The position numbers and the translations under genes are program-made. The notes under the pieces are model-generated. The model worked only from the letters and a program-made list of their open reading frames with translations, did no database searches and had not been told where the DNA came from. From NCBI GenBank assembly GCA_023384575.1, contig JAHDVP010000027.1, forward strand, positions 3,962-67,961: a DNA stretch of 64,000 nt. The letters run 5' to 3'. Of the stretch, positions 46,796-55,766 are shown piece after piece (positions within the stretch are counted from its first letter, which is position 1; each line of letters starts with the position of its first letter). This DNA comes from Acidobacteriota bacterium (GTDB lineage Bacteria; Acidobacteriota; Vicinamibacteria; Vicinamibacterales; JAFNAJ01).

Positions 46796-48273
46796 CGCCT
46801 GACGGCCCACGGCTGTCGTTCCGCACCCGCCTGACGCTCCGGTGGACGCTCGCCTTCGGGGTGGTGCTGGCCCTGGCCAACCTCGCCATCTACCTCGGCG
46901 CGCGCGCCTACCTGTACCTCGATGTCGACGCGAAGGTCCGCACGCTGGGCGCGACCGAGCTCGCCTCGGCCATCGACGAGTCGGGCGGCGTGCACCTGCA
47001 CGACTTTCCCGTCGAGGCCTTCGGTGACAACGAGTACGCCGACAAGTTCAGTCAGCTGTTCGATGCGCGCGGGGCGCTGCTGATGCACTCGCCCGGCCTC
47101 GACGGGGTTGCAGGTCTGCTGGCGCCGGAGACGATGGCCGAAGCCCTCGACCGGCGCGCACCCCTCGTCAGCGTCGTGGTCCACGGGCGCCACGGCCGCA
47201 TGGTCGGGCTCCGGGCCGACTACGAGGGCGAGCCGTACGTCGTCGCCGTGGGCCTCTTCACCGACCCTCTCGAGCGGCACCTCGTGAAGCTGGCGTGGTT
47301 CCTCGGTGGCGTCTGGTTCGTGGGCCTCGTCGTGACCGCGGGCGTCGGAGCCGCGCTCGCCTCGCGCGCGCTCGCGCCGATTGACCGGATCACCACGCGC
47401 GCGGCGCGCATCGCGCGCGGAGACATCGACGCCCGCCTCGATCCGCCCCCGGTCGACGACGAGATCGGCCGCATGACGGGGCTGCTCAACGAGATGCTCG
47501 ACCGGCTGCACGCGGTCATCGAGGCGAACCGCCGCTTCGCCGCCGACGCGTCGCACGAACTGCGCAGCCCGCTCACCGCCATGGTGGGCGAGGTCGACGT
47601 GGCCTTGAAGCGTGAACGGCCGCCGGCCGAGTACCGCGCCACGCTGACACTCGTGCGGGAACGGCTCGCCGAGATGGCCGATCTCACCGAGGACCTGATG
47701 ACGCTCGTGCGGGCCGAGGAGGGCGCGACCGACCGCGTCATGCGCGAGGTCCCGCTCGCCCCGCTCGTCGAGGCCTCCGTCGCGCGGCTGACCCCCCTCG
47801 CCGCCTCGCGCGGCATCTCGCTCACCCGCCGCAACCTCGACGCGCTCGTCGCGTACGGCGACGCACGCCTCTACGCCCGCGCGGTCGACAACCTCGTGGC
47901 CAACGCCGTGCAGTACAACCGGGACGGCGGCCGCGTCGTCATCACCGGCCGGCTCGACGAGCCAGGCGGGGACGCCTGGCAGCCGGCCTCGGTCGTGCTC
48001 ACCATCGACGACACCGGGCCTGGCATCCCGCGCGATCAGTGGGAGCGCGTGTTCCGGCGATTCCACCGCGTCGACCGCTCGCGGTCGCGCGCGACCGGCG
48101 GCACCGGCCTCGGACTGGCGATCACCAAGGCGGTGGTCGGCCTGTTCAACGGCTCGGTGCGGGTGGTCGCGTCGTCGGCCGAGGGCACGCGCTTCGAGGT
48201 GCGGCTGCCAGGGCGAGGCGCCGTCGACGGGCCCAGGGCCGTTGATCCGCAGGCGATGGCTCGGATAACGTGA
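46792..48273 (+). CDS. Sensor histidine kinase (CusS-like: 2 TM with periplasmic loop, HAMP, HisKA, HATPase_c)
   Basis: GTGA overlap with the regulator stop. FAADASHELRSPLTAM, NLVANAVQYN, DTGPGIP and GGTGLGLAI. Confidence 0.9.
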   Translation: MTPDGPRLSFRTRLTLRWTLAFGVVLALANLAIYLGARAYLYLDVDAKVRTLGATELASAIDESGGVHLHDFPVEAFGDNEYADKFSQLFDARGALLMHSPGLDGVAGLLAPETMAEALDRRAPLVSVVVHGRHGRMVGLRADYEGEPYVVAVGLFTDPLERHLVKLAWFLGGVWFVGLVVTAGVGAALASRALAPIDRITTRAARIARGDIDARLDPPPVDDEIGRMTGLLNEMLDRLHAVIEANRRFAADASHELRSPLTAMVGEVDVALKRERPPAEYRATLTLVRERLAEMADLTEDLMTLVRAEEGATDRVMREVPLAPLVEASVARLTPLAASRGISLTRRNLDALVAYGDARLYARAVDNLVANAVQYNRDGGRVVITGRLDEPGGDAWQPASVVLTIDDTGPGIPRDQWERVFRRFHRVDRSRSRATGGTGLGLAITKAVVGLFNGSVRVVASSAEGTRFEVRLPGRGAVDGPRAVDPQAMARIT

Positions 48274-48293
48274 GCGATGGGAGGGCGCGCGAC

Positions 48294-49268
48294 ATGAATG
48301 CCGTCGTGGTCCGGGCGTTTGGCGAGCCGGACGTGCTGCAACTCGAACAGATCGACACCCCTTCGCTCGGCGACGGCCAGCTGCTCGTTCGCCTGCTCGC
48401 CGCCGGCATCAACCCGGTCGACACCTACATCCGTACGGGCACCTACGCCCGCCGGCCGCCGCTGCCCTACGTGCCGGGCACCGACGGCGCCGGCGTCGTC
48501 GAGCAGATTGCGCCCGGTGTCACCGAGTTCGCCCCGGGCGACCGCGTCTACGTCGCGGCGACGATTGCCCGACGATTCAGCGGCGCCTACGCCCAGTACG
48601 CGGCGTGCGACGTCGATCACGTGCATCCCCTGCCCGCGCGAGCCACGTTCGACCAGGGAGCGGCCATCGGCGTGCCCTACGCGACGGCCTACCGGGCGCT
48701 GTTCGGGCGCGGCCGCCTGCGTCCCGGGGAGACCGTGCTCGTGCACGGCGCGAGCGGCGGCGTGGGCGTTGCCGCCGTGCAGTTCGCCCGGGCGGCCGGC
48801 GCGCGCGTCATCGGCACGGCCGGCTCCGACCGCGGACGCGAGCTGGCAGCCGACCAGGGCGCTCATCACGTCCTCGATCACACCACCCCGGGGTATCTCG
48901 ACGAGGTGACGCGAATCACGGCAGGACACGGGGTCGACCTCGTTGTCGAGATGCTCGCGAACGTGAACCTCGAGCGCGACCTGGGCATCGTCGCCATGCG
49001 CGGACGCGTCGTCGTCGTCGGCAGTCGCGGCACCATCGAGTTCACGCCGCGACTCACAATGGCCCGCGACGCCTCGGTGCTCGGGCTCACCTTGTGGAAC
49101 GCCTCGCCTCCCGAACTCGCCGAGGCGCACGCCGCCATCGTGGCCGGCCTCGAGCAGGGGGTGCTCCACCCGGTCGTCGGCCGGCAGTATCCCCTGTCCG
49201 AGGCGGCAACCGCGCACCGCGACGTGCTGGCCGCCGGCGCCTGCGGCAAGCTGGTACTCGTTCCCTGA
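48294..49268 (+). CDS. NADPH:quinone oxidoreductase (zeta-crystallin-like MDR family)
   Basis: MNAVVVRAFGEPDVLQLE.., GINPVDTYIRTG, GTDGAGVV and VHGASGGVGVAAVQ. The GTG at 48270, overlapping the kinase stop, is an alternative start. Confidence 0.9.
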   Translation: MNAVVVRAFGEPDVLQLEQIDTPSLGDGQLLVRLLAAGINPVDTYIRTGTYARRPPLPYVPGTDGAGVVEQIAPGVTEFAPGDRVYVAATIARRFSGAYAQYAACDVDHVHPLPARATFDQGAAIGVPYATAYRALFGRGRLRPGETVLVHGASGGVGVAAVQFARAAGARVIGTAGSDRGRELAADQGAHHVLDHTTPGYLDEVTRITAGHGVDLVVEMLANVNLERDLGIVAMRGRVVVVGSRGTIEFTPRLTMARDASVLGLTLWNASPPELAEAHAAIVAGLEQGVLHPVVGRQYPLSEAATAHRDVLAAGACGKLVLVP

Positions 49269-49281
49269 AGGCGCCCGCGCC

Positions 49282-51042
49282 GTGTTCGGGCTCTCTCTCC
49301 GCTCCTCCCGCGCCCGCGCGGCCGCCGCGACCGCCATCGTCGTCGGAAGCCTGTATGTCTTCCCGCTTCTGCTCGACCTGCCGCTCGTCGACCCCGACGA
49401 AGGATTGCACGCGGCCATCGCGCTCGAGATGGTCGAGCAGGGCGACTGGGTCACCCCACGCCTGCTCGGCGAGCCGTTCCTCGACAAGCCAATCCTGTTC
49501 TTCTGGGCCCAGGCTGGCGCCCTCGCGGTCTTCGATGCGCACGAGGCCGCCGTACGGCTTCCGGGCCTGGTCTTCGGCCTGCTCGGGGCCGGCGCGACCG
49601 CGCTGATCGGACGCCGGCTGGCGGGCCGTCGCGCCGGCCTCCTCGCCGGCCTCTTCTACGCGACGATGGCCCTGCCGCTCGCCCTGCACCAGGCGGCGGT
49701 CCACGACGTTGCGCTCGTGCCGTGGACGACGCTGGCGCTTCTCGCCTTCTGGAACGCGGCACGACCGCCGGCGGCCTCATCTCCGCCGGGGCTGAAGCTC
49801 CGGCGCTACGAAGATGAAGGGCTGGAACCCCGCCGCGGCAGCAGGGTCATCCGCTGGTCGGTCGTGGCCGGTCTGTGGCTCGGTCTCGCCGTCCTGACGA
49901 AGGGTGTCGTCGGCGTGGCACTCGTCGGCCTCGCGCACGCCGCCGCGCTGCTGGCCTTCCGACGAGTCCGCCCCGTGGTCGTGCTCGGCGGCGGGCTCGC
50001 CCTGCTCGTCGCAGCTATCGTCGCCGCGCCCTGGTACCTCGCCATGGAGCAGGCCAACGGCGGCTACCTTCACTACTTCTTCGTCGAGCGCCACGTGCTC
50101 GGCTATACGACCTCGACCCAGATTCATGCGTATCGTCCCTGGTGGTACTACCTGCCCATCGTCGCCGGCGGCGGGTTCCCCTGGGTCGCCTTCCTGCCGC
50201 TGGCCGCCTGGATCGCCGTGCCGGCGGGGAAGCTCGGCCGGACCACCCCTCACCGGGACGCCGCTCGATACGCGTGGATCTGGCTCGTCTCCTCGCTCCT
50301 GTTCCTGAGCGCCGCAGGCTCGAAGCTCGTGACCTACGTGCTGCCGGCCTTCCCAGCCGTGGCGCTGCTCTCGGCGATCGCCTGGGACCACGCCCTCGGC
50401 CGCCGCGAGGACGACGCCGGAGTCCCGCCCGCACCGACGCTGCGCGCCGCCGTTGTCCTGGTCGCCAGCGTGGGAGCGGCCATGGCGCCTCTGGCGCTGT
50501 TCATCGCCGCCTTGCGGTACGGCGTGCCCCACGGGCCCACCGCCTGGGTCGCGGCGGCTGCGGCCACGCTCGCATGGACCGTCGGGATCGCGGGGGGATG
50601 GCGACGAGGCCGGCTCCCGGCGCTCGCCACGGTTTTCGGCGCCATGGTCGTCACCGCAGTCGTGCTGCTGTCGTCGACCATGCCGCGCGTCGCCGCGGTG
50701 CTGTCGGCCCGGGACCTTGCGCGTTTCCTCAATGCCCAGGCTGCCATGCCGTCGACCACCTGGGTGGTCGGCGAGCGCATCGGGTCGCTCGTCTTCTACC
50801 TCGACCCGGGACGACGTCAGGGCCTGACGCCCGACCGGCTCGTGCACGTCGAGGTCAACGACGTGCTCCGCATGGCCATCCCTCAGGCAGACGCCCTCGT
50901 CGCCGTCTCCGCACAGCACCTGGCCATCGTTGGACGACGGCTCCCGCTCGATCGGGTGGCGTACGAGCAGGCGGGTCTGTACAGGGTCTACTCGGCCAGG
51001 GCCCTGCACGCGGAGATCGTCGAGCAGCGTCGACGCTTCTGA
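49282..51042 (+). CDS. GT-C-fold glycosyltransferase (ArnT/PMT-like, family 39/83)
   Basis: 586 aa and polytopic. First-loop DPDEGLHAAIALEM..FLDKPILFFW. The C-terminal ~110 aa are soluble. Confidence 0.8.
   Translation: MFGLSLRSSRARAAAATAIVVGSLYVFPLLLDLPLVDPDEGLHAAIALEMVEQGDWVTPRLLGEPFLDKPILFFWAQAGALAVFDAHEAAVRLPGLVFGLLGAGATALIGRRLAGRRAGLLAGLFYATMALPLALHQAAVHDVALVPWTTLALLAFWNAARPPAASSPPGLKLRRYEDEGLEPRRGSRVIRWSVVAGLWLGLAVLTKGVVGVALVGLAHAAALLAFRRVRPVVVLGGGLALLVAAIVAAPWYLAMEQANGGYLHYFFVERHVLGYTTSTQIHAYRPWWYYLPIVAGGGFPWVAFLPLAAWIAVPAGKLGRTTPHRDAARYAWIWLVSSLLFLSAAGSKLVTYVLPAFPAVALLSAIAWDHALGRREDDAGVPPAPTLRAAVVLVASVGAAMAPLALFIAALRYGVPHGPTAWVAAAAATLAWTVGIAGGWRRGRLPALATVFGAMVVTAVVLLSSTMPRVAAVLSARDLARFLNAQAAMPSTTWVVGERIGSLVFYLDPGRRQGLTPDRLVHVEVNDVLRMAIPQADALVAVSAQHLAIVGRRLPLDRVAYEQAGLYRVYSARALHAEIVEQRRRF
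49784..49809 (+). repeat. REP-family copy embedded in frame inside the GT-C glycosyltransferase gene
   Basis: cgccggggctgaagcTccggcgctac is 25/26 identical to 40312-40337. It is translated as ..PPGLKLRRY.. and followed by a related half-site gggctggaaccccgccg. Confidence 0.65.
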
Positions 51043-51051
51043 ACGCTGGCC

Positions 51052-52341
51052 TCACGGAAGGTGGGCCGCGCCCGCGCCTGTGGACTCGTCGGAGACCTCG
51101 ACGAAGTCCACGCCATAGCGCAGCCGATCCTTCGTCGTGCGGAACGCAAGCGTCCGCCGCGGCGGGCTGTCCACGGGACCATCGAGGGGCGCCGGCGGTC
51201 CGCACGAAAGCCGTCGTCCGTCAGTCTCGTAGGCCGTCTTGACCCGGCCGGCGACGACGCGTGCGACTTCAGCGACGGCAAGCCTGAGGTCGACCTCGGT
51301 GGCCTGTTCCGGGATGATGTCCAGGACGACCCTCGCGACAGCCCGGGCCGTATCGGGCTCGCACCTGAGCAGCATCTCGACACCGACCGGTGGATCCGCG
51401 ATGGCCAGACGCACCCGCGCGCCCGGCAGGTCTGCCGGGGCCAGGGCTTCGGGATCCGGCTCGACCTCGAGCGACAGCATCATGCCGAAGAACTGGCTGA
51501 GGGCGGTGGAGACGGCCTCGACAACGGCATCGAGCGGATCGTCGGCGGCGTGGGCGGCCACGTCTCGGACGAGGGTACTGAGCTGTGAACGAAGGCGTTC
51601 GCGGTCGCTCGTCCGTTCGACGACGCCATCGTGGCCAGCGAGGGCACGCGCGGCAGCCGGCTCGGCCACGACCACGTAGAGCCGGATCCGGCCGAGTTGC
51701 TCGTTGCCACGGAGTTTCTTGAGCAGCAGGTCCGGCCCGACGAGGCCGAGGTGGTCGCCAACCAGCACCGCCGCCGGCTTGACCTCGACAGCTCGCTTGA
51801 GCGCCGCCACGCCCGACTCGGCCTCGACCACCTCCCAGCCGTCGAGCGCCTCACCAACCGCCCGCCTGAACGCCGCGTCGCCGTCAGCCACCAGCAGGCG
51901 CAGCGGACCCTCGGCCGGCCGGCCTCCGGGTCGGAGCGAACCGGCACGCGCGTCGTGGATCTTCGCGATGAGGGCTCTGAACCTGGCGCTGACGTTGTCG
52001 GGTCTCAGGGGCTTGAGCAGGTAGTCGCTGATGCCGAGCTCGACGACGCGCCGCACGCGGGCCTCGTCCCGCTCGATGGTCATCATCACGACCGGCAGCG
52101 ACGCGAGCTCGGGCGACCGGCGGATGGCTTCGAGTGTCTCCACCCCGTCGAGCACCGGCATGCGGATGTCGAGCACGGCGAAGTCGAACGCCTGGCCGGA
52201 GAGCGCCTCGAGCGCCTCGAGGCCGTTCTGGCATTCGGTCACGTCGCAACCCAGCTCACGGGAGAGGATGCGACGAAGGACGACCCGGGTCGTGATCTCG
52301 TCCTCGACGATCAGTACGTTCATCGCCACGTCTCGCCTCAC
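51052..52341 (-). CDS. Response regulator: REC + degenerate REC + CheX-like C-terminal domain
   Basis: REC1 (VLIVEDE..VLDIRMPVLDG..MMT..YLLKP). REC2-like (LLVADGD..VLVGDHLG..). The C-terminal 150 aa align by eye to CheX (DAVVEAVSTALSQFFGMMLSLEV.. and ..VDLRLAVAEVARVVAGRV..SCGPPAPLDG). The start is GTG 52341 or ATG 52323. Confidence 0.75.
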   Translation of the reverse strand: MRRDVAMNVLIVEDEITTRVVLRRILSRELGCDVTECQNGLEALEALSGQAFDFAVLDIRMPVLDGVETLEAIRRSPELASLPVVMMTIERDEARVRRVVELGISDYLLKPLRPDNVSARFRALIAKIHDARAGSLRPGGRPAEGPLRLLVADGDAAFRRAVGEALDGWEVVEAESGVAALKRAVEVKPAAVLVGDHLGLVGPDLLLKKLRGNEQLGRIRLYVVVAEPAAARALAGHDGVVERTSDRERLRSQLSTLVRDVAAHAADDPLDAVVEAVSTALSQFFGMMLSLEVEPDPEALAPADLPGARVRLAIADPPVGVEMLLRCEPDTARAVARVVLDIIPEQATEVDLRLAVAEVARVVAGRVKTAYETDGRRLSCGPPAPLDGPVDSPPRRTLAFRTTKDRLRYGVDFVEVSDESTGAGAAHLP

Positions 52342-53492
52342 TCCTGTGCCCGCGCCGCGAGATCGGCCAGCAGGGGCTCGAGCCGCGACCAGGCCGCCAC
52401 GAACGCGTCGCGCGCCCGCGTCGCCCCCGCCGCGTCGCCGCTGCGGGCCGCGGCAAGCAGCGCCGAGGCCGACGCCTCGGCCGACGGCGCGCAGAAATTG
52501 GCGATCGCACCGGCCAGCGCGTGCGCCGTCTCCCGAAGCCCCGCCAGATCGTGGCCGGCCAGGCAGTCGTCCACGCGTCGCAGCGTATCGGGCACCGTCG
52601 CGCGCAGCAGCGCCACGAGTTCAGCCACGAGCTCGCGGTCGCCTCCCAGACGGTCTTCGAGCGCCAGGGCATCGAGGTCGTGAGTCTCGACCGATGCCGG
52701 CGCGCCGGCCGGCGGGACCGAGGTCCGCAGCCCGTGCTGCCGCACCAGCCGCTCGAGGTCGCCCTGTCGTAGCGGCTTCGCCACGTAGTCGTCCATGCCG
52801 GCCTCGAGGCAGCGCTCGCGGTCGCCAGGCATGGCGTGCGCGGTCACCGCCACGATCGGCACGTGACGGCGCCCGGCTTCGACGGCCCGTATCCGCCTCG
52901 TGGCGTCGTAGCCGTCGAGCACGGGCATCTGGCAGTCCATCAGGATCAGATCGTAGTCGAACGCCCCGGCCTCGAACCGGTCGACCGCCTCCTGGCCGTC
53001 CGCGGCGTGGTCGACCTCGCACCCGAGCTTTGCGAGGGTCGTGCCGGCGACCATCCGGTTGATGGCGTGGTCCTCGACGACCAGCACACGGAACGGCCGC
53101 CCCCCGGGCTCTTCTCTCGACGACGCCGGAAGGGGCGTCACCTCGGCCAGCCCGGACAGCGTGGCGCCGTCACCCGCGCGCTCGAGGCGTACCGTGACCA
53201 GCCCGCGACCGTCGACGAGCCGTCCGCGCGCCTCTCCGACCGGGACGCGACCCTGTGCGAGATCGACGGTGAGCACGCGGAGCGCGGGCCGATCGTCCGC
53301 GTCGAGAAGATCGGCGAGGGCCATCCCCCGGCACACTCGCCCGTCAGCGAACACCTCGACCCAGGTGGGGTCGACGTACCCCAGGGTGCCATCCGGCCCC
53401 AGCTCGACTGCCAGGCACAGGCCTGGCGAGGCCGCCTCAGCGCGCCTCGACTCCTGCTCCATCGCTCGCCCCTCTCGCCGCCCTCCGGCCAC
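52338..53492 (-). CDS. Phosphorelay protein: PAS-like N-domain + REC + HPt
   Basis: REC (VLVVEDHAINR..LMDCQMPVLDG..VTAH..YVAKP). HPt (LRETAHALAGAIANFCA). A ~120-aa N-terminal sensory-looking domain. No HisKA or HATPase domain. Confidence 0.8.
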   Translation of the reverse strand: MAGGRREGRAMEQESRRAEAASPGLCLAVELGPDGTLGYVDPTWVEVFADGRVCRGMALADLLDADDRPALRVLTVDLAQGRVPVGEARGRLVDGRGLVTVRLERAGDGATLSGLAEVTPLPASSREEPGGRPFRVLVVEDHAINRMVAGTTLAKLGCEVDHAADGQEAVDRFEAGAFDYDLILMDCQMPVLDGYDATRRIRAVEAGRRHVPIVAVTAHAMPGDRERCLEAGMDDYVAKPLRQGDLERLVRQHGLRTSVPPAGAPASVETHDLDALALEDRLGGDRELVAELVALLRATVPDTLRRVDDCLAGHDLAGLRETAHALAGAIANFCAPSAEASASALLAAARSGDAAGATRARDAFVAAWSRLEPLLADLAARAQE

Positions 53493-53516
53493 GCGACTGC
53501 GGCCGGGTCGCCCTCG

Positions 53517-53957
53517 TCAGGGAATCGACGGCGAGGCCCCGGTTCGTGAATCCGCTTCGGTGACGATCTCTTCGAGCCACCGCCAGGCGTCGAGCGCGGC
53601 GTGCAGTCCGATCGTCGGCAGCGACAGCGCCACGACGTGGGTCAGTTCGCGGGGATCGACGCCGACCTCGAGGGCCTTCCGCGCGTGCGCGTGCACTGCC
53701 CGCGACGACCCGCGCCCCACCGATACCGCGAACTTGGCCAGCGCGACGCCCCGGGCATCGAGCGGCCCGGCCTCCGCCGCCGCGTCGGCCAGGGCCCTGT
53801 AGCGCTCGGCCACGGCGGGAAGCGCCGCCGACAACGAGGCCAGGGCGCCGGCGCGACGCGTTCGGCGCTTCCTGGCGTCGTGCGCCTCGGGCTCGAACGG
53901 GCCTTCGTGGGGTCCGGGTGTGGTCGTCATGCCTTCCTCCTCGTGGGGCCTTGCCAT
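53517..53957 (-). CDS. Carboxymuconolactone decarboxylase (AhpD-like) family protein
   Basis: 146 aa. LDARGVALAKFAVSVGRGSSRAVHAHARKALEVGVDPRELTHVVALSLPTIG matches the CMD-domain pattern. No CxxC. Confidence 0.65.
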   Translation of the reverse strand: MARPHEEEGMTTTPGPHEGPFEPEAHDARKRRTRRAGALASLSAALPAVAERYRALADAAAEAGPLDARGVALAKFAVSVGRGSSRAVHAHARKALEVGVDPRELTHVVALSLPTIGLHAALDAWRWLEEIVTEADSRTGASPSIP

Positions 53958-53969
53958 CGACGCTCCACG

Positions 53970-55748
53970 TCAACGCGACACGTCGGTCGAGCGTCGCCAC
54001 TGGAACCGCAGCACGCGCCACAGCCCGGCGCCGCTCGCGGCGAGCACGACCAGCCAGAACACCGACTGCGGCACGCGTCCGTAGAGCAGGCTCCCGACTG
54101 CGAACAGCGCCGCGTAGACGAAGCTGCACCCGAGCACCCAGCCGAGCAGGGCCTGCGGCAGGCTGTCCGGGGAGGCCGGCACGCCGGCGTCCCTCCGGAT
54201 AGCGGCCCAGCCCGGGCCAGCGGGCCTGACCAGACGACAGAACCTGACCAGCGTCTCGCGGTCGGTGGGCGGGGTCAGGTAGGTCACCGTGACCCACACG
54301 AGCGTCGTCGTGGCGACGCTCGCGAGCAGCACCACGTGCGACGGCAGGTTGAGCCCGCGTCGGCCGGCGATGAAGAAGCCCACGGCGACGAGAAACGAGC
54401 TGGCCATCGCCGCGACCTCGCTCCAGGCGTTGATCCGCCACCAGAACCACCGGAGCAGGTAGATGAGACCGGTGCCGGCGCCAATCGCCATGAGCAGCTC
54501 GAAGCTCTGACGCGCGGTGTCGAGGACGAACGTGAACGCCGCGGCCACGGCCATCAGGGCGACGGTGGCGAGCCGGCCGACGAGCACGTAGTGGCGCTCG
54601 CTCGCGTCGGGCCGCAGGAACCGGCGGTAGAAGTCGTGCACCAGGTAGGACGTCCCCCAGTTCAGGTGGGTCGAGATGGTCGAGATGTAGGCGGCGAGCA
54701 GCCCGGCCACCATGAGGCCGAGGAATCCGGCCGGCAGGAACCGCAGCATGGCCGGGTAGGCCATGTCGTGCCCGATCAGCCGCGCGTCGAGGTACGGGAG
54801 CGCCCGCGCCAGGTCGTCGAGCTCCGGGTACACGAGCAACGACGCGAGGCCGACGAGGATCCACGGCCACGGACGAATCGCGTAATGCGCCACGTTGAAG
54901 AGCAGCGTGCCAGCCATGGCGTCGCGTTCGGATCGGGACGCGAGCATTCGCTGCGCGATGTAGCTCCCGCCTCCCGGCTCGGCTCCGGGGTACCAGACCG
55001 ACCACCACTGCACCGTGAGCGGGATGACGAGCACGGCCAGCGTCACGCTCCAGTCGCCGAAGTCGGGCAGCAGGCGCAGCGTCGCCGGGTCGACCCGGGC
55101 GATGAGGCCGTCGAGCCCGCCGACCTCGGGCTGGCCGAGCGCGAAGTACGCCGCCGCGACCGACCCGGTCATCGCGATCCCGAACTGGATGAAGTCGGTG
55201 ACGAGCACCCCCCAGAGACCCGACACGGCGGCGAACGACACGTTGAGCACGGCGCAGACGGCGAGCGTCTGCCACATCGGCCAGCCGAGCAGGACGTTGG
55301 CGATCTTCGCCGCGGCGAGGTTCACCGACGCCATGATCACCAGGTTGAAGAACAGCCCGAGGTAGAGCGACCGGAAGCCGCGGACGAACGAGGCGGCCCG
55401 CCCCGCGTAGCGCAGCTCGTAGAACTCGAGGTCGGTCAGCACGCCCGACCGGCGCCACAGCCGGGCGTAGAAGAAGACCGTCATCATCCCGGTGAGCAGG
55501 AACGCCCACCAGATCCAGTTGTTGGCGACGCCCCGCTCGCGCACGAGGTTGGTCACCAGGTTCGGCGTGTCGGTGCTGAAGGTCGTGGCGACCATCGAGA
55601 CGCCGACCAGCCACCACGGCGCGGCGCGGCCCGAGGTGAAGAACTCGACGGTGCTCGACCCCGCGCGCCGCGCCATCAGCACCGCGGGCACGAACGAGAG
55701 CCCGATCGAGCCGAACACGATGACCCAATCGAGCGTCGTCAGGTGCAT
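53970..55748 (-). CDS. Sodium:solute symporter (SSS) family transporter
   Basis: 592 aa with about 13-14 TM. FFTSGRAAPWWLVGVSMVATTFSTDTP.., GGSYIAQRMLASRSERDA. Confidence 0.85.
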   Translation of the reverse strand: MHLTTLDWVIVFGSIGLSFVPAVLMARRAGSSTVEFFTSGRAAPWWLVGVSMVATTFSTDTPNLVTNLVRERGVANNWIWWAFLLTGMMTVFFYARLWRRSGVLTDLEFYELRYAGRAASFVRGFRSLYLGLFFNLVIMASVNLAAAKIANVLLGWPMWQTLAVCAVLNVSFAAVSGLWGVLVTDFIQFGIAMTGSVAAAYFALGQPEVGGLDGLIARVDPATLRLLPDFGDWSVTLAVLVIPLTVQWWSVWYPGAEPGGGSYIAQRMLASRSERDAMAGTLLFNVAHYAIRPWPWILVGLASLLVYPELDDLARALPYLDARLIGHDMAYPAMLRFLPAGFLGLMVAGLLAAYISTISTHLNWGTSYLVHDFYRRFLRPDASERHYVLVGRLATVALMAVAAAFTFVLDTARQSFELLMAIGAGTGLIYLLRWFWWRINAWSEVAAMASSFLVAVGFFIAGRRGLNLPSHVVLLASVATTTLVWVTVTYLTPPTDRETLVRFCRLVRPAGPGWAAIRRDAGVPASPDSLPQALLGWVLGCSFVYAALFAVGSLLYGRVPQSVFWLVVLAASGAGLWRVLRFQWRRSTDVSR

Positions 55749-55766
55749 GAGGGGCCGTGCGCGGCG

